From the NCBI GenBank assembly GCA_963675295.2, contig CAXXKJ010000002.1, positions 4,032,001 to 4,096,000 of the forward strand: a stretch of 64,000 nucleotides of DNA, given 5' to 3'. The notes beneath the pieces were generated by a model. The model saw nothing but the letters and a program-made list of their open reading frames with translations. It did not search any database and had not been told where the DNA came from. Positions within the stretch are counted from its first letter, which is position 1, and every line of letters begins with the position of its first letter. Of the stretch, positions 49,132-58,722 are shown one piece after another. A program made the position numbers and the translations under genes. The DNA comes from a bacterium. Its GTDB lineage: Bacteria; Electryoneota; Electryoneia; Electryoneales; Electryoneaceae.

Positions 49132-49418
49132 CAGCTTTCGCGCAACTTTTCCTTGTGGCGTTTCAACTGCTCGACGAGTTTATCGACAGCGCTTTCGACG
49201 GAGGTTTCGAACTTGTCCGACGTCGCCGACGCGAACAGCGTCTCGCGCGGCAGTGCAAGTTTGATCCGGGCTTCCTTCTGATGGAGCTGGCCTTCCAGAA
49301 TCACATCCGCATCCATCAGCCGGTCATAATAACGCTCCAACCGCTCGAGCTCTTTCTCGATGTACTCCTTCAGCTGATCGCGGACGTTAATGCCGTCTCC
49401 CTGAATGATCACCTGCAT
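49131..49418 (-). CDS. hpf: Ribosome hibernation promoting factor (short HPF/RaiA)
   Basis: 95 aa; LKEYIEK.L.RL and AVDKL..QL.R.KEK patterns; canonical position before hprK. Confidence 0.9.
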   Translation of the reverse strand: MQVIIQGDGINVRDQLKEYIEKELERLERYYDRLMDADVILEGQLHQKEARIKLALPRETLFASATSDKFETSVESAVDKLVEQLKRHKEKLRES

Positions 49419-49444
49419 GTGTCCTCCTTGATGCAGCGGGTTGG

Positions 49445-50392
49445 TTATCTGTGACGGGTCCCGTCCTCACTCGCAGCCGCACGTGGATGGCGTGCGTAGA
49501 CCTGTTTCAGATGGTCGCGGGTGACGCGGGTGTAAACTTGTGTTGTGGACAGGCTCGAGTGTCCCAGCAGTTCCTTGATCGACATGAGGTCCGCCCCGTT
49601 CTCGAGCATGTGCGTCGCGAACGCATGCCGTAGCGCGTGCGGATGAGCCCCACGGCTCAAGCCGGCGGCAGCCAGACGTTTGTTGACGATCGAGTACGCT
49701 TCACGCTGGTTCAACCGTTTCCCCCGCTTGCCAAGAAACAGCGCCTGTCCGGACTGGTCGGTACGGTATTCATCGCGCACCGCCAGCCATTTCTCGAGGG
49801 CGTCTTTCTCTTTCACGCCGATCGGGACAGTTCGTTGCTTGCTCCCTTTGCCGGTGACTCGCAGCCAGCCCTGTTTCAGATCAACGGCGCGCAGGTTGAG
49901 GCCGACCGCTTCGCTGACACGCAAGCCGCTGCCATAAAGAACTTCCAGCAAGGCATCGTTACGTGTGCGCTCGGTCTCATCCTCGGTCGCGGAAACGGAG
50001 TCCGAGAGCGCGGTGCCGATGTCGGTGACGGTCGGAACATCTGGCAGTTTCTTGTCCACCCGGGGGCTGTCGATCGATTCGGCGGGGGAATCCGCGAGCA
50101 CTCCCTCCTCCACCAGCCAGCGGAAGAAGGTTTTCAACGAAGACAGGGTACGCGCCTTGGTTTTGCGCGCGACAGGTTGGGTGCGGTTGAAGGTATCGGT
50201 CTTGACCAGGGTGCCGAGGTAGCGGCGGACATGCCGCATGGTGATGAAATCGGGACGGACCTTACCACCGGCCTGGCGTTCAATGTGGTCGATGAATTTG
50301 CGGACGTCTGAACCGTATGCACGGATTGTGTGCGGAGATACATTCTCCACAGCACGGAGGTGGGACAGCCATTTGTCAAGGAGTACGTTCAC
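49445..50392 (-). CDS. xerC: Tyrosine recombinase XerC
   Basis: SPHTIRAY, LYGSGLRVSE, GKGSKQR, HPHALRHAFATHML.NGADL and LLGHSSLSTTQVYT; lies downstream of topA. Confidence 0.85.
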   Translation of the reverse strand: MNVLLDKWLSHLRAVENVSPHTIRAYGSDVRKFIDHIERQAGGKVRPDFITMRHVRRYLGTLVKTDTFNRTQPVARKTKARTLSSLKTFFRWLVEEGVLADSPAESIDSPRVDKKLPDVPTVTDIGTALSDSVSATEDETERTRNDALLEVLYGSGLRVSEAVGLNLRAVDLKQGWLRVTGKGSKQRTVPIGVKEKDALEKWLAVRDEYRTDQSGQALFLGKRGKRLNQREAYSIVNKRLAAAGLSRGAHPHALRHAFATHMLENGADLMSIKELLGHSSLSTTQVYTRVTRDHLKQVYARHPRAAASEDGTRHR

Positions 50393-50438
50393 TGGCTTCC
50401 TGAAAAGGTGGCTACCCTGAAGGTAACACCGTGAACCC

Positions 50439-50696
50439 TCACCTTCCGAGGAACAGTCCGACGATAATTAAAAAAAGAGCAATGCTGCCAAGCACGACAA
50501 CTCCGACACCTCCCCATGGGACAATCATGGGGATCATCATCCAGATCAGCAGAAGTGCGGCTACCCTCATCAACAGCGGGTGACCGCTGACCACTTTTCC
50601 GTGGTAGGCACCGAAACTTAGTTTGCCGACCGGAAAACCACCATAGATCAGCATGATCGCGGCGGCTGGAATCGACAGCAGGTAGACTATCATCAT
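50439..50696 (-). CDS. Small hypothetical membrane protein (about 3 TM)
   Basis: Strongly hydrophobic 85-aa ORF between topA and xerC. Confidence 0.5.
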   Translation of the reverse strand: MMIVYLLSIPAAAIMLIYGGFPVGKLSFGAYHGKVVSGHPLLMRVAALLLIWMMIPMIVPWGGVGVVVLGSIALFLIIVGLFLGR

Positions 50697-50977
50697 GGCA
50701 TGGCCTTTGTGTGATCGTACCTGCAACATACGCAGGGACCTGACCATTCACCCCATGGAAATGCAATTTATTTCCTGTATTTCCGATCAGGTGCAGATGA
50801 AGGAAAGTTGCCGAATCAGCCTGCCTCGGCAGGGATGTGGGCATTAAGGACAACGAACCAGCAGGAGATCTGACGGGTGGTTTTGCCGACCGAGAAACAA
50901 ATCGATCACGATGCGAAGCAGCGCTACACTGCCTGGCATTGTGCTGCACTGCTTGTGCACGGCTACGGCTATTAATA

Positions 50978-51007
50978 CAAAAGGGGCGATGTGATTCGCC
51001 CCTTTTG
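50978..51007. terminator. Terminator after topA
   Basis: CAAAAGGGGCGA-TGTGAT-TCGCCCCTTTTG. Confidence 0.8.
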
Positions 51008-51014
51008 CTCGCAA

Positions 51015-53612
51015 CTATTTCTTTTTTGTTGATGTTCGCTTGGTACCGGTGCTCTTTTTCGCCGTCGTCTTCTTTTTTGCACCGGTCGCGCGTTTCGTCT
51101 TCGGCTTCGCGGCTTCGGGGGGAGCGTCCGGGTTAGGTTCCTTGTGCTTGCATTCCGGGCAGACGAAATCCGCACCTTTTTTCGTCATGATCGGATAGCT
51201 GCAGCTCGGGCAGGTCTTTTCCACGGGCTCATCCCAGAACGCAACGTCGCACTTCTTCTCCTTCCAGTTGGTGCAGGAATAGAAGAGCTTGCCACGGCGG
51301 GTGCGCTTGGCGACGATCGTGCCGCCGCAGCCCTCACGTGGACACGGAACGCTCACGTCGGGCAGGTTCGGCTGCTTGCCTTCCTCGCCCGGGATCGGTT
51401 CCGTATGCTTGCACTTCGGGTAGCGGTTGCAGCCGATGAACTTGCCGTTCCGGCCCATGCGGTAAACGAGATCGCCTTCCTCGCAGGTTGGGCACTTGCG
51501 ACCGACCATCTCCGGCTCGGCTTTCGCCTCGCCGTCCTTGCCGTTCTGCTTCTCGATGTACTTGCAGTCCGGGAAACGGTTGCAGGAGATGAATTTGCCG
51601 AACCGTCCCCAACGCTCGACCAGTTCCCCCTCCCCGCACTGCGGGCAGGAGCGACCGGTGGAGGTCATGGTCGATTTCTTGATCTCCGCTTTGTTCTGCT
51701 TGAAGTGGTCGATCGACTCACTGAACGGCTCCCAGAATTTGCGTACGGTTTCGGTCCAGACATCCCCCTCTTCCACCTTGTCCAGCGCCTCTTCCATCTC
51801 GGCGGTGAACTTGGTGTTGAAGACGTGCTCGAACTCGCGCACCAGCACGCCGTTGACCGTGCGGCCTAGATCAGTCGGCTTGAGACGGCGGTTGTCGTCC
51901 CGTTCAGTATACTTGCGGTCCTGGATCACGCTGATGATCTGGGCATACGTGGACGGCCGGCCGATGCCGAGTTCGTCCAACGTTTTGACCAGCGTCGCTT
52001 CCGAATACCGTGGCGGCGGCTGGGTGAACTTCTGCTCGGTTTCGATGTCGCTGATCTCAGCAGGTGTGCCGGGAGCCGGATCGGCTTTCGCCTTGCCGGC
52101 TTTCGCGGTCGCGCCTTCCATGTGCGTTTCACGGAACAGCGCTTCCGGCAGGTCTTCGTTGACCTCTTCCGCGTCTTTGCTGGCGGGTTGATCGTCCGCT
52201 GCAACTTCACCCCACAACCGGCGGAAGCCCGGGAAGATCAGACGGCGGCCGACGGCACGCAGCAGGTAGCCAGCGTCTTCCTTCTCAACCTCACCGCGCA
52301 GTCTGGCCTGCAACGCGGTATCGTCCGCATTCAGCTTCGGATCCTTCTCCTGCATCTTGCTGATGCGCTTGTTGATCGCGGACGTAACCAGCTCCGCGCT
52401 CAAATCGGCCGGGGTTCCGACACCGATGTCGACCGTGATGCCATCGAACAACGCATCCGCCATCTGGGTCGCGACGAAGCGGTTCCAAATCAATTCGTAA
52501 AGGCGGAACTCGTCTTTCTTGAGGTATTTCTTTACCGAGGCCGGGGTACGCTTGACGTCGGTCGGGCGGATCGCTTCGTGCGCGTCCTGCGTCTTCTTGC
52601 CCTTGCTCGAATACTGCCGCGCCTTCGGGCTGAGGTAGCTTTCGCCGTACTGGTCCTGGATGAAACCACGTGTTGCCTGCACGGCTTCCGGGCTCATCCG
52701 CGCACTATCCGTACGCATGTAGGTGATCAAACCGACGGTGTCATCGCCGAGCTCGATGCCTTCGTACAGGCTCTGCGCGACACGCATTGTGCGCTTGCCA
52801 CCCATGCTGAGACGGTGTGACGCTTCCTGCTGCAACGTGGAGGTGGTGAATGGTGCCCGCGGTTTCTGGCTGTTGATCCGGCGGCGGATCTCAAGCAACC
52901 GTGCCGGCAGGTTTTCCAGGTTGTCGCGAACCTGATCGGCGAGCGCCTCGGAGCCGATCTCGACATCCTCACCGCCCAGCTTGACCAGCTTCGTGCGAAA
53001 CGCAGCCAGGTTTTCCAGCTCAGCCATCGCGTGGAAGGTCCAATACTCTTCCGGTACGAAGGCTTCGATTTCCTCTTCGCGTTCCACAACCAGCCGCAGC
53101 GCGACCGACTGTACACGTCCCGCCGACAAGCCGCGCGCGACAACGCTCCACAGTTCCTTACTCACGAGATAGCCGACAAGCCGGTCGAGCACGCGCCGGG
53201 CCTGCTGAGCGTCCACCCGGTTCTGGTCGATGTCGCCGGGATGTGACACCGCTTCGAGCACGGCGTTCTTCGTGATCTCGTTGAAGGTGACTCGTCGAAT
53301 GTCGCCGTTCCGGTTCCCGAGCAGGTGAGCGATGTGCCACGCGATGGCTTCGCCTTCACGGTCAGGGTCCGTTGCGAGCAGCACCAGTTTCGCCTTGGAG
53401 GCGGCCTTCCGCAGTTGCTCGACGGTCTTCTTCTTCTCCGGGATGATCTCGTAGTCGGGTTGGAAGTTGTTGTCGATGTCAACCGCGAGAGATTTGTTCG
53501 GCAGATCGCGGATATGTCCGACCGACGCCTGAATGGCGTAGTCGTTCCCGAGATATCGCGACAGTGTTCTCGCCTTGGCGGGCGACTCAACGATGAGGAG
53601 TTTTGAAGCCAT
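51015..53612 (-). CDS. topA: DNA topoisomerase I
   Basis: IVESPAKA, GHIRDL, ATDPDREGE, SAGRVQS, LITYMRTDS and GIGRPSTYA motifs; C-terminal zinc ribbons and Lys-rich tail. Confidence 0.98.
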   Translation of the reverse strand: MASKLLIVESPAKARTLSRYLGNDYAIQASVGHIRDLPNKSLAVDIDNNFQPDYEIIPEKKKTVEQLRKAASKAKLVLLATDPDREGEAIAWHIAHLLGNRNGDIRRVTFNEITKNAVLEAVSHPGDIDQNRVDAQQARRVLDRLVGYLVSKELWSVVARGLSAGRVQSVALRLVVEREEEIEAFVPEEYWTFHAMAELENLAAFRTKLVKLGGEDVEIGSEALADQVRDNLENLPARLLEIRRRINSQKPRAPFTTSTLQQEASHRLSMGGKRTMRVAQSLYEGIELGDDTVGLITYMRTDSARMSPEAVQATRGFIQDQYGESYLSPKARQYSSKGKKTQDAHEAIRPTDVKRTPASVKKYLKKDEFRLYELIWNRFVATQMADALFDGITVDIGVGTPADLSAELVTSAINKRISKMQEKDPKLNADDTALQARLRGEVEKEDAGYLLRAVGRRLIFPGFRRLWGEVAADDQPASKDAEEVNEDLPEALFRETHMEGATAKAGKAKADPAPGTPAEISDIETEQKFTQPPPRYSEATLVKTLDELGIGRPSTYAQIISVIQDRKYTERDDNRRLKPTDLGRTVNGVLVREFEHVFNTKFTAEMEEALDKVEEGDVWTETVRKFWEPFSESIDHFKQNKAEIKKSTMTSTGRSCPQCGEGELVERWGRFGKFISCNRFPDCKYIEKQNGKDGEAKAEPEMVGRKCPTCEEGDLVYRMGRNGKFIGCNRYPKCKHTEPIPGEEGKQPNLPDVSVPCPREGCGGTIVAKRTRRGKLFYSCTNWKEKKCDVAFWDEPVEKTCPSCSYPIMTKKGADFVCPECKHKEPNPDAPPEAAKPKTKRATGAKKKTTAKKSTGTKRTSTKKK

Positions 53613-53733
53613 GCCAACCTTTGCTGATGGTAGTCCAGGTACAACATGCCGAAAGGCAAAAACCGATCCACGGGGGACCGGCTGAGAAAATAGTCATGGA
53701 ATTGGCAAATGCCAGCCTTGATCTCGTCTCGGA

Positions 53734-53967
53734 TCAATCTGGAGACGATGCACCGCGAGACAGGGTGTCAAGTTCCCGAGCGCACGGGCAGTCCTCGGTT
53801 CCCTGCATGGCGATGATCATGTCCCACTGCTTGTTGAGCACGTCCGACGACACTGGAAGCTCGCCGTCATTCTCCGCACGAAGGTGCCGTTCCCAGACAT
53901 GCCGGCAGAGTGGCATCGGGTGTTTGTCCTCCGGCCAGAGGCAGGTCTTCCAGCTGAATTCGTGCAC
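53734..53967 (-). CDS. Possible small Cys-containing hypothetical protein
   Basis: GTG start immediately after the malQ stop; fills the gap to topA; no recognisable motif. Confidence 0.3.
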   Translation of the reverse strand: MHEFSWKTCLWPEDKHPMPLCRHVWERHLRAENDGELPVSSDVLNKQWDMIIAMQGTEDCPCARELDTLSRGASSPD

Positions 53968-53968
53968 A

Positions 53969-55498
53969 TCAGTCGGTCTCGTTTTCGTCCACCCAGGTGC
54001 TCGGTGCACGTCCATACCGCCGGGCGAAGTTGCCCATGTGATCCGCCAGCCCGGAATTGAGCTGGTCATGGTTCACTCGCCAGCTCCAGTTTCCGGCGGC
54101 CTGCCCGGGGGTATTCATCCGGCCTTCGCTGCCGAGCGCGAGCCAGTCCTGCATCGGCACAATCGCGCTCACTCCCGGCGAGGCAAACGCCAGCCGGATC
54201 AACTCCTGCTCAATGTCGCCGGGATCGTGCCCAATGTACTCTTTCATATAGGAGAGACCCTCAGGTGTGGATTCTTGTTCCAACCAGCCACGGGTGGTGT
54301 TGTTGTCGTGCGTGCCGGTGTAGACGACGGAATCTACCGTGTGATTGTGCGGCAGGAAGACGTTGGACGGGCCACTGTCCCACGCGAATTGCAGTACACG
54401 CATCCCGGGGAAACCGAACGCCTTGCGCAACTCTTCCACCTGCTTCGTGATCACGCCAAGGTTTTCCGCGACAACGTTCACCTCACCCATCCGGTCGCGC
54501 AACGCGCTGAACAGTTCATGCCCCGGCGCGGGTACCCACTCACCGTTGACTGCGGTTTCTTCCTCCGCCGGGATCGACCAGCAGGCGTCAAAACCACGGA
54601 AATGGTCGATGCGGACGATGTCCACCAGCTCGAAGGTGGCGCGCAGCCGTGCCTCCCACCAGCTAAACCCTTGCGCACGGTGAGCGTCCCATTTATAGAG
54701 CGGATTGCCCCAACGTTGGCCGGTGGCGCTGAAATAATCGGGCGGAACTCCGGCGATCACGGTCGGATTGCCCTGATCGTCAAAGTGGAACAGGTCGCGG
54801 TTGGCCCACGCATCCGCGCTGTCATAGGCGACGAAGATCGGCAGATCGCCGAGGATCTTGATGCCCTTGCTGTTGGCGTGCTCGCGGACCTTCCACCACT
54901 GGGTAATCGTCTTGAACTGCAGCCAGCGGTGGAATTCGATGCGGTCGTGCAGTTCGGTGGCGACGCGCCCGAGCGCGTCCGGGTCACGGTCACGCAGTTC
55001 GGCCGGCCAATTGTTCCACGGCTGCCCGTCATGGAACGCCTTCAGCGCCATGAACATTGCGAAATCGTCCAGCCAGCCCTGGAACCGCTGCTTGAACTGG
55101 TCGAACTCTGCGCGTTGCTGATCATTGGCGTCCCGGCTGAACGCCTGAAACGCGAGATACAGCAGCTCGTTCTTCTTCGGAATCACCGAACCGTAGTCAA
55201 CAAACTCATGCGGCAGCTGGTGCAACGGCTCGAGATCGGAGGGAGCGAGTAACCCTTCGTCCCTCAGCCGGTCCAATGATATAAGGAAGGGATTCGCTGC
55301 GAAGGCGGAGAAACACTGGTACGGACTGTCGCCATACCCTGTTGGTCCAAGTGGCATCACCTGCCAGATGGTCTGTTCGCCCTCGGCAAGCCAGTCGATG
55401 AAACGATGGGCCTCGTCCCCGAATTCGCCAATGCCGTTCGCACCCGGAAGTGAGGTCGGGTGCAGCAGAACGCCGGAACGCCGTGTATTGTCAATCAT
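53969..55498 (-). CDS. malQ: 4-alpha-glucanotransferase (amylomaltase, GH77)
   Basis: RSGVLLHPTSLPG, WQVMPLGPT..GDSPY, GDLPIFV..DSAD.W, GVPPDYFS.TGQ.WGNP, RIDHFRG, AENLG and YTGTHDN motifs. Confidence 0.96.
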   Translation of the reverse strand: MIDNTRRSGVLLHPTSLPGANGIGEFGDEAHRFIDWLAEGEQTIWQVMPLGPTGYGDSPYQCFSAFAANPFLISLDRLRDEGLLAPSDLEPLHQLPHEFVDYGSVIPKKNELLYLAFQAFSRDANDQQRAEFDQFKQRFQGWLDDFAMFMALKAFHDGQPWNNWPAELRDRDPDALGRVATELHDRIEFHRWLQFKTITQWWKVREHANSKGIKILGDLPIFVAYDSADAWANRDLFHFDDQGNPTVIAGVPPDYFSATGQRWGNPLYKWDAHRAQGFSWWEARLRATFELVDIVRIDHFRGFDACWSIPAEEETAVNGEWVPAPGHELFSALRDRMGEVNVVAENLGVITKQVEELRKAFGFPGMRVLQFAWDSGPSNVFLPHNHTVDSVVYTGTHDNNTTRGWLEQESTPEGLSYMKEYIGHDPGDIEQELIRLAFASPGVSAIVPMQDWLALGSEGRMNTPGQAAGNWSWRVNHDQLNSGLADHMGNFARRYGRAPSTWVDENETD

Positions 55499-55707
55499 GG
55501 GTCTTCCTGTCTGGTTGAAACATGCACGCGGAAGGTAGAGTGCACGGTGCGGAACGAACAAGCGGCTTGTTTTGTTCCCACCCCGCTGCGAGGGGCGGAT
55601 CGAGCCGGGCCCGGTCCTGCACGGCACGACCCAACGACCTAACTTAAACGCAACGCATACCGTGGGGGATTCACGTGCCCCCGCATTCCACATGGAGGCT
55701 GGGAACG

Positions 55708-56493
55708 ATGAAACGGTTTTCGCTGGTGTTGGCTGCTTTCCTGCTGATCTCACTGCCCATTGCCGCAAGCGCGCAATTGTATGGTCCCGCATCCCGGGAT
55801 ACGGACTGGGCGCTGGAAGCGTCCGTCTTCGCCAATATGACTGAGTTCGATCTGGGACAGGTGAATGATCACATTACCAACGGATCGGTGTTTTATGCCT
55901 CACAAAGTGTTTATTCCCGGTATTCAGACGTCAGTGAATTTGAAAGTCGCGTGACGTTTGACATTCGGCTCGGTTTCAACTATAAGGGCATCTGTTTCGG
56001 AGCTGGGTACAATCCCATTGGCGAAGAAACAGGTGGATACATGCTGGACAACACCTTTGGCCAGGAAGTCCCCTACGAATTCAAGTATGATGGTCGTGAA
56101 TTCTATGGTTACGTCGGCTACATGTACGAGTTCAATGACTGGTTGTCAGCGGGTCCGATGATCTCATATGGTCATGGGACAATCAGTGGAACACTGACCG
56201 ATGCTGATATGGGCGCTGACAATGGCGAACTGTCGGGAGCGTATACGCCATTCCGGGCTGAACTTCGGGGACGTGTTAAACTGACACGTTATGTTTCAAT
56301 CGACCTTGGCGTCGGCATGCGAAACGGAACCGTCTCGGATCTGGAAGTCGACCAAGGTGTGGATGGTGTCTACGGTCTGCCGGAAGGCACCTACCCTGTG
56401 CAGGACTATCAGGATGAATTGATGGAAATGGACATGTCCGGGATGTATTTCGGCGGAGGGATCACGCTGCTGAACCCCTTCGGCGAAGATTGA
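55708..56493 (+). CDS. Probable small outer-membrane beta-barrel protein
   Basis: GGAGG RBS; signal peptide; Gly/aromatic-rich alternating strands; final strand SGMYFGGGITL. Confidence 0.7.
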   Translation: MKRFSLVLAAFLLISLPIAASAQLYGPASRDTDWALEASVFANMTEFDLGQVNDHITNGSVFYASQSVYSRYSDVSEFESRVTFDIRLGFNYKGICFGAGYNPIGEETGGYMLDNTFGQEVPYEFKYDGREFYGYVGYMYEFNDWLSAGPMISYGHGTISGTLTDADMGADNGELSGAYTPFRAELRGRVKLTRYVSIDLGVGMRNGTVSDLEVDQGVDGVYGLPEGTYPVQDYQDELMEMDMSGMYFGGGITLLNPFGED

Positions 56494-56648
56494 TTGTCAG
56501 AACAAACCTTCGGTGTTCTTGGGGTTTCTCCTTCGAAACCTTGGACCCTGACACGAGTTAGCTTTTTGTTGAATTGATCAAAAGTTGAGCAAGAGTTTGT
56601 CGCGAGCCCGACTCCGAGAGAGAACCGGGCTCCAAACGGGCTCCTCCC

Positions 56649-56675
56649 GCCGAACGTGAGAACGTTCGGCTTTTT
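56649..56675 (+). terminator. Intrinsic terminator
   Basis: GCCGAACGT-GAGA-ACGTTCGGC-TTTTT. Confidence 0.8.
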
Positions 56676-56859
56676 CGTGTCAAATAATCACATTTAAGTA
56701 TAATTAGTATAATTACGCGCCCTATCACCCAAATATACCAAAATCAGTAGCGTACTCCCGGAGATCTCTAATTATTTTTATCAGCATTATCACTATTGCG
56801 TTCCTGATTCCGGCGTGCTATTATGATATCAGAACGTGCAAGGGATCAGGAGCGGACAG

Positions 56860-57198
56860 ATGTCGTGGATGATAGCACAGCGGCAGCTTGGAATTTTTCG
56901 GAATATGCTGATCTACGCGGGAATGCGTCAGATTCCGAATCCTCTTCCTTTTCCCTACCTCGATCCGATTGATGAATTCTGGACCACGAAGCTAGTCGAA
57001 CGGTTTGCCGCGATGGACGCGGGGATTTTACAACAGCGGATCCTGGCGGCCACGCAGAAGATCGCTGAGGAGACAGCATGGGTGTACAACGCGGAATTGG
57101 CATCGTTGACGTTAGACGTGAATGAAGCCACAACCCTGGATCAACTCTATGGGGACTGGTTTGTCGAGATGATGCATCCCAGGCCCATAGCGGTTTAG
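56860..57198 (+). CDS. Hypothetical protein
   Basis: AGGAG RBS before ATG 56860 and an AT-rich promoter region upstream; no recognisable motif. Confidence 0.55.
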   Translation: MSWMIAQRQLGIFRNMLIYAGMRQIPNPLPFPYLDPIDEFWTTKLVERFAAMDAGILQQRILAATQKIAEETAWVYNAELASLTLDVNEATTLDQLYGDWFVEMMHPRPIAV

Positions 57199-57256
57199 GA
57201 AGTAGCAGTCACATGAATCTTGCGGTTGGTAGCAACCGCAGGTCGGGAGGTGAAAG

Positions 57257-58537
57257 ATGAAGTCGGCAAAAGTAGCAGTTTGGATTGCGATCGTTGTGCT
57301 GAGCCTGGTAAGCCTGGCGCACGCGGACAATGGGCAGATCTTTTCAAAGGAAGAAGTCTGGCAGATCGTGCCCGCGATGGAAGAGGGATTCTACAAGATC
57401 CAGATCATCCTCAAGCGGGGCTTGTATCTGGACCTCAGCCGGATCCCGGAAATTGAGCTGGATGACAACTGGAAGTTGCGTGATGGTTGGGGTCACAAGC
57501 TGACCATCCGCGAGATCACGCCAAAGGCGACGACCTCGGGCATTTCGCAGATCATCATCACGTTGAAGAAAGACCCGCTCAGCTCCGTCACGTTGGATTT
57601 CAAGAACAACCGTCTCGGTGTTGCCCGCCGCTTGAATACGATTGCGAGCGACGGTGGCCGGATCGCGTACACCGACCACGACGCGTTCTACACGCAGGCG
57701 TATCCGACGACTGTTCAGGTGGAGCGTGTGCTGGATCAGGCGGCGATGGTGTCGCTTTCCTATGATCTGCAGGCAGTGGTGATCGGGTATAACGCGTTGC
57801 GCACGTCGGAATTCAAGCCTTTCGCGTGGCGCTACCAGCTGAATCTTGGCTCGGAAGGTACGTTCGGCAGCTTGTCGCGTGTCCGGAATGGTACCGAATC
57901 CTTCCTCAAGGCGCAGGCGACGCGTTTCCACATGACCACCTTCAACCGCGCGCTGCAGGTTGAAACGTATGTCGGCTACCTGTTCGAGACGGCGCTGGAT
58001 CAGCGCACGGAGCAGATGCTGCAGGTGCGGAACAAGACCGTGGGCGCCGGGTTCGAGGTTGAAATCCCGTACACGAACTTCCTTGCCAAGCTCGAGCTGG
58101 ACAAGCAGATGACACGTGACGTCGCGCCGATGAGTTTCCGTTATGACCACTACTGGTCGGGCAAGGACCACCAGGGATGGAGCACACCGTCCCGGAATAT
58201 CATTGAGATTGACTGGGAGCTGCCGTTCTCGCGCTTCCTGATCCTCGATCTCGGGTATCAGTACAACACCTTCGCGATGCCGTTGCCGATTTTCGTACAG
58301 GGTGATGGCGGGGCGATCAGCCGGGAACGGATCCCGGATGCGTCCTACTACCACGTGCGTGTCGCGCAGGAGCTGGCGTTCCTCCTGGATGCGTTCGGCG
58401 ACATCCCGCTGCTGGACATCAAGGACTCGGCTTTCATCGCCAACAACTTCTTCTATTTCGAATATGCATCCGGCCGTCAAGCCCCGGCGTTTGAGAACCG
58501 GATCGAACGTAAAGTCGGAATTAGCGTTAGCTTCTAG
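57257..58537 (+). CDS. Exported hypothetical protein, probable outer-membrane beta-barrel C-terminal part
   Basis: GGAGGTG RBS; signal peptide ending AHA; amphipathic strands; ends KVGISVSF. Confidence 0.72.
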   Translation: MKSAKVAVWIAIVVLSLVSLAHADNGQIFSKEEVWQIVPAMEEGFYKIQIILKRGLYLDLSRIPEIELDDNWKLRDGWGHKLTIREITPKATTSGISQIIITLKKDPLSSVTLDFKNNRLGVARRLNTIASDGGRIAYTDHDAFYTQAYPTTVQVERVLDQAAMVSLSYDLQAVVIGYNALRTSEFKPFAWRYQLNLGSEGTFGSLSRVRNGTESFLKAQATRFHMTTFNRALQVETYVGYLFETALDQRTEQMLQVRNKTVGAGFEVEIPYTNFLAKLELDKQMTRDVAPMSFRYDHYWSGKDHQGWSTPSRNIIEIDWELPFSRFLILDLGYQYNTFAMPLPIFVQGDGGAISRERIPDASYYHVRVAQELAFLLDAFGDIPLLDIKDSAFIANNFFYFEYASGRQAPAFENRIERKVGISVSF

Positions 58538-58722
58538 ATTCCAGCCGGTATCAGAAGTAACCTCCCAGCCCGCGCTGCCGCCCCTGCTGATGCAGGGTGC
58601 GGGTGGCGTGGGCTTTTCGTTTTCCTCCAGCTTTCCGAGCGTGCACTCCAGGCTCAACATGCCGGTGTAGATGAGGCGGAATCCTCCCCGGGAGCTGCGG
58701 TTCCCCATCAGATTTTGCTACT

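Noticed and set aside
49445-50392. Phage or ICE integrase marking a mobile element
   Set aside because: XerC-like size and motifs in a housekeeping topA-xerC-hpf-hprK context, with no att sites or mobile genes nearby.
52270-52420. Intein in topA
   Set aside because: Too short, and lacks an N-terminal Cys/Ser and C-terminal His-Asn.
56692-56721. dif-like sequence on the minus strand (GGCGCGTAATTATACTAATTATACTTAAAT)
   Set aside because: 30 bp rather than 28, with an imperfect XerD arm. It is equally explained by a tandem TATAAT repeat; genome-wide GC skew would be needed to revisit it.
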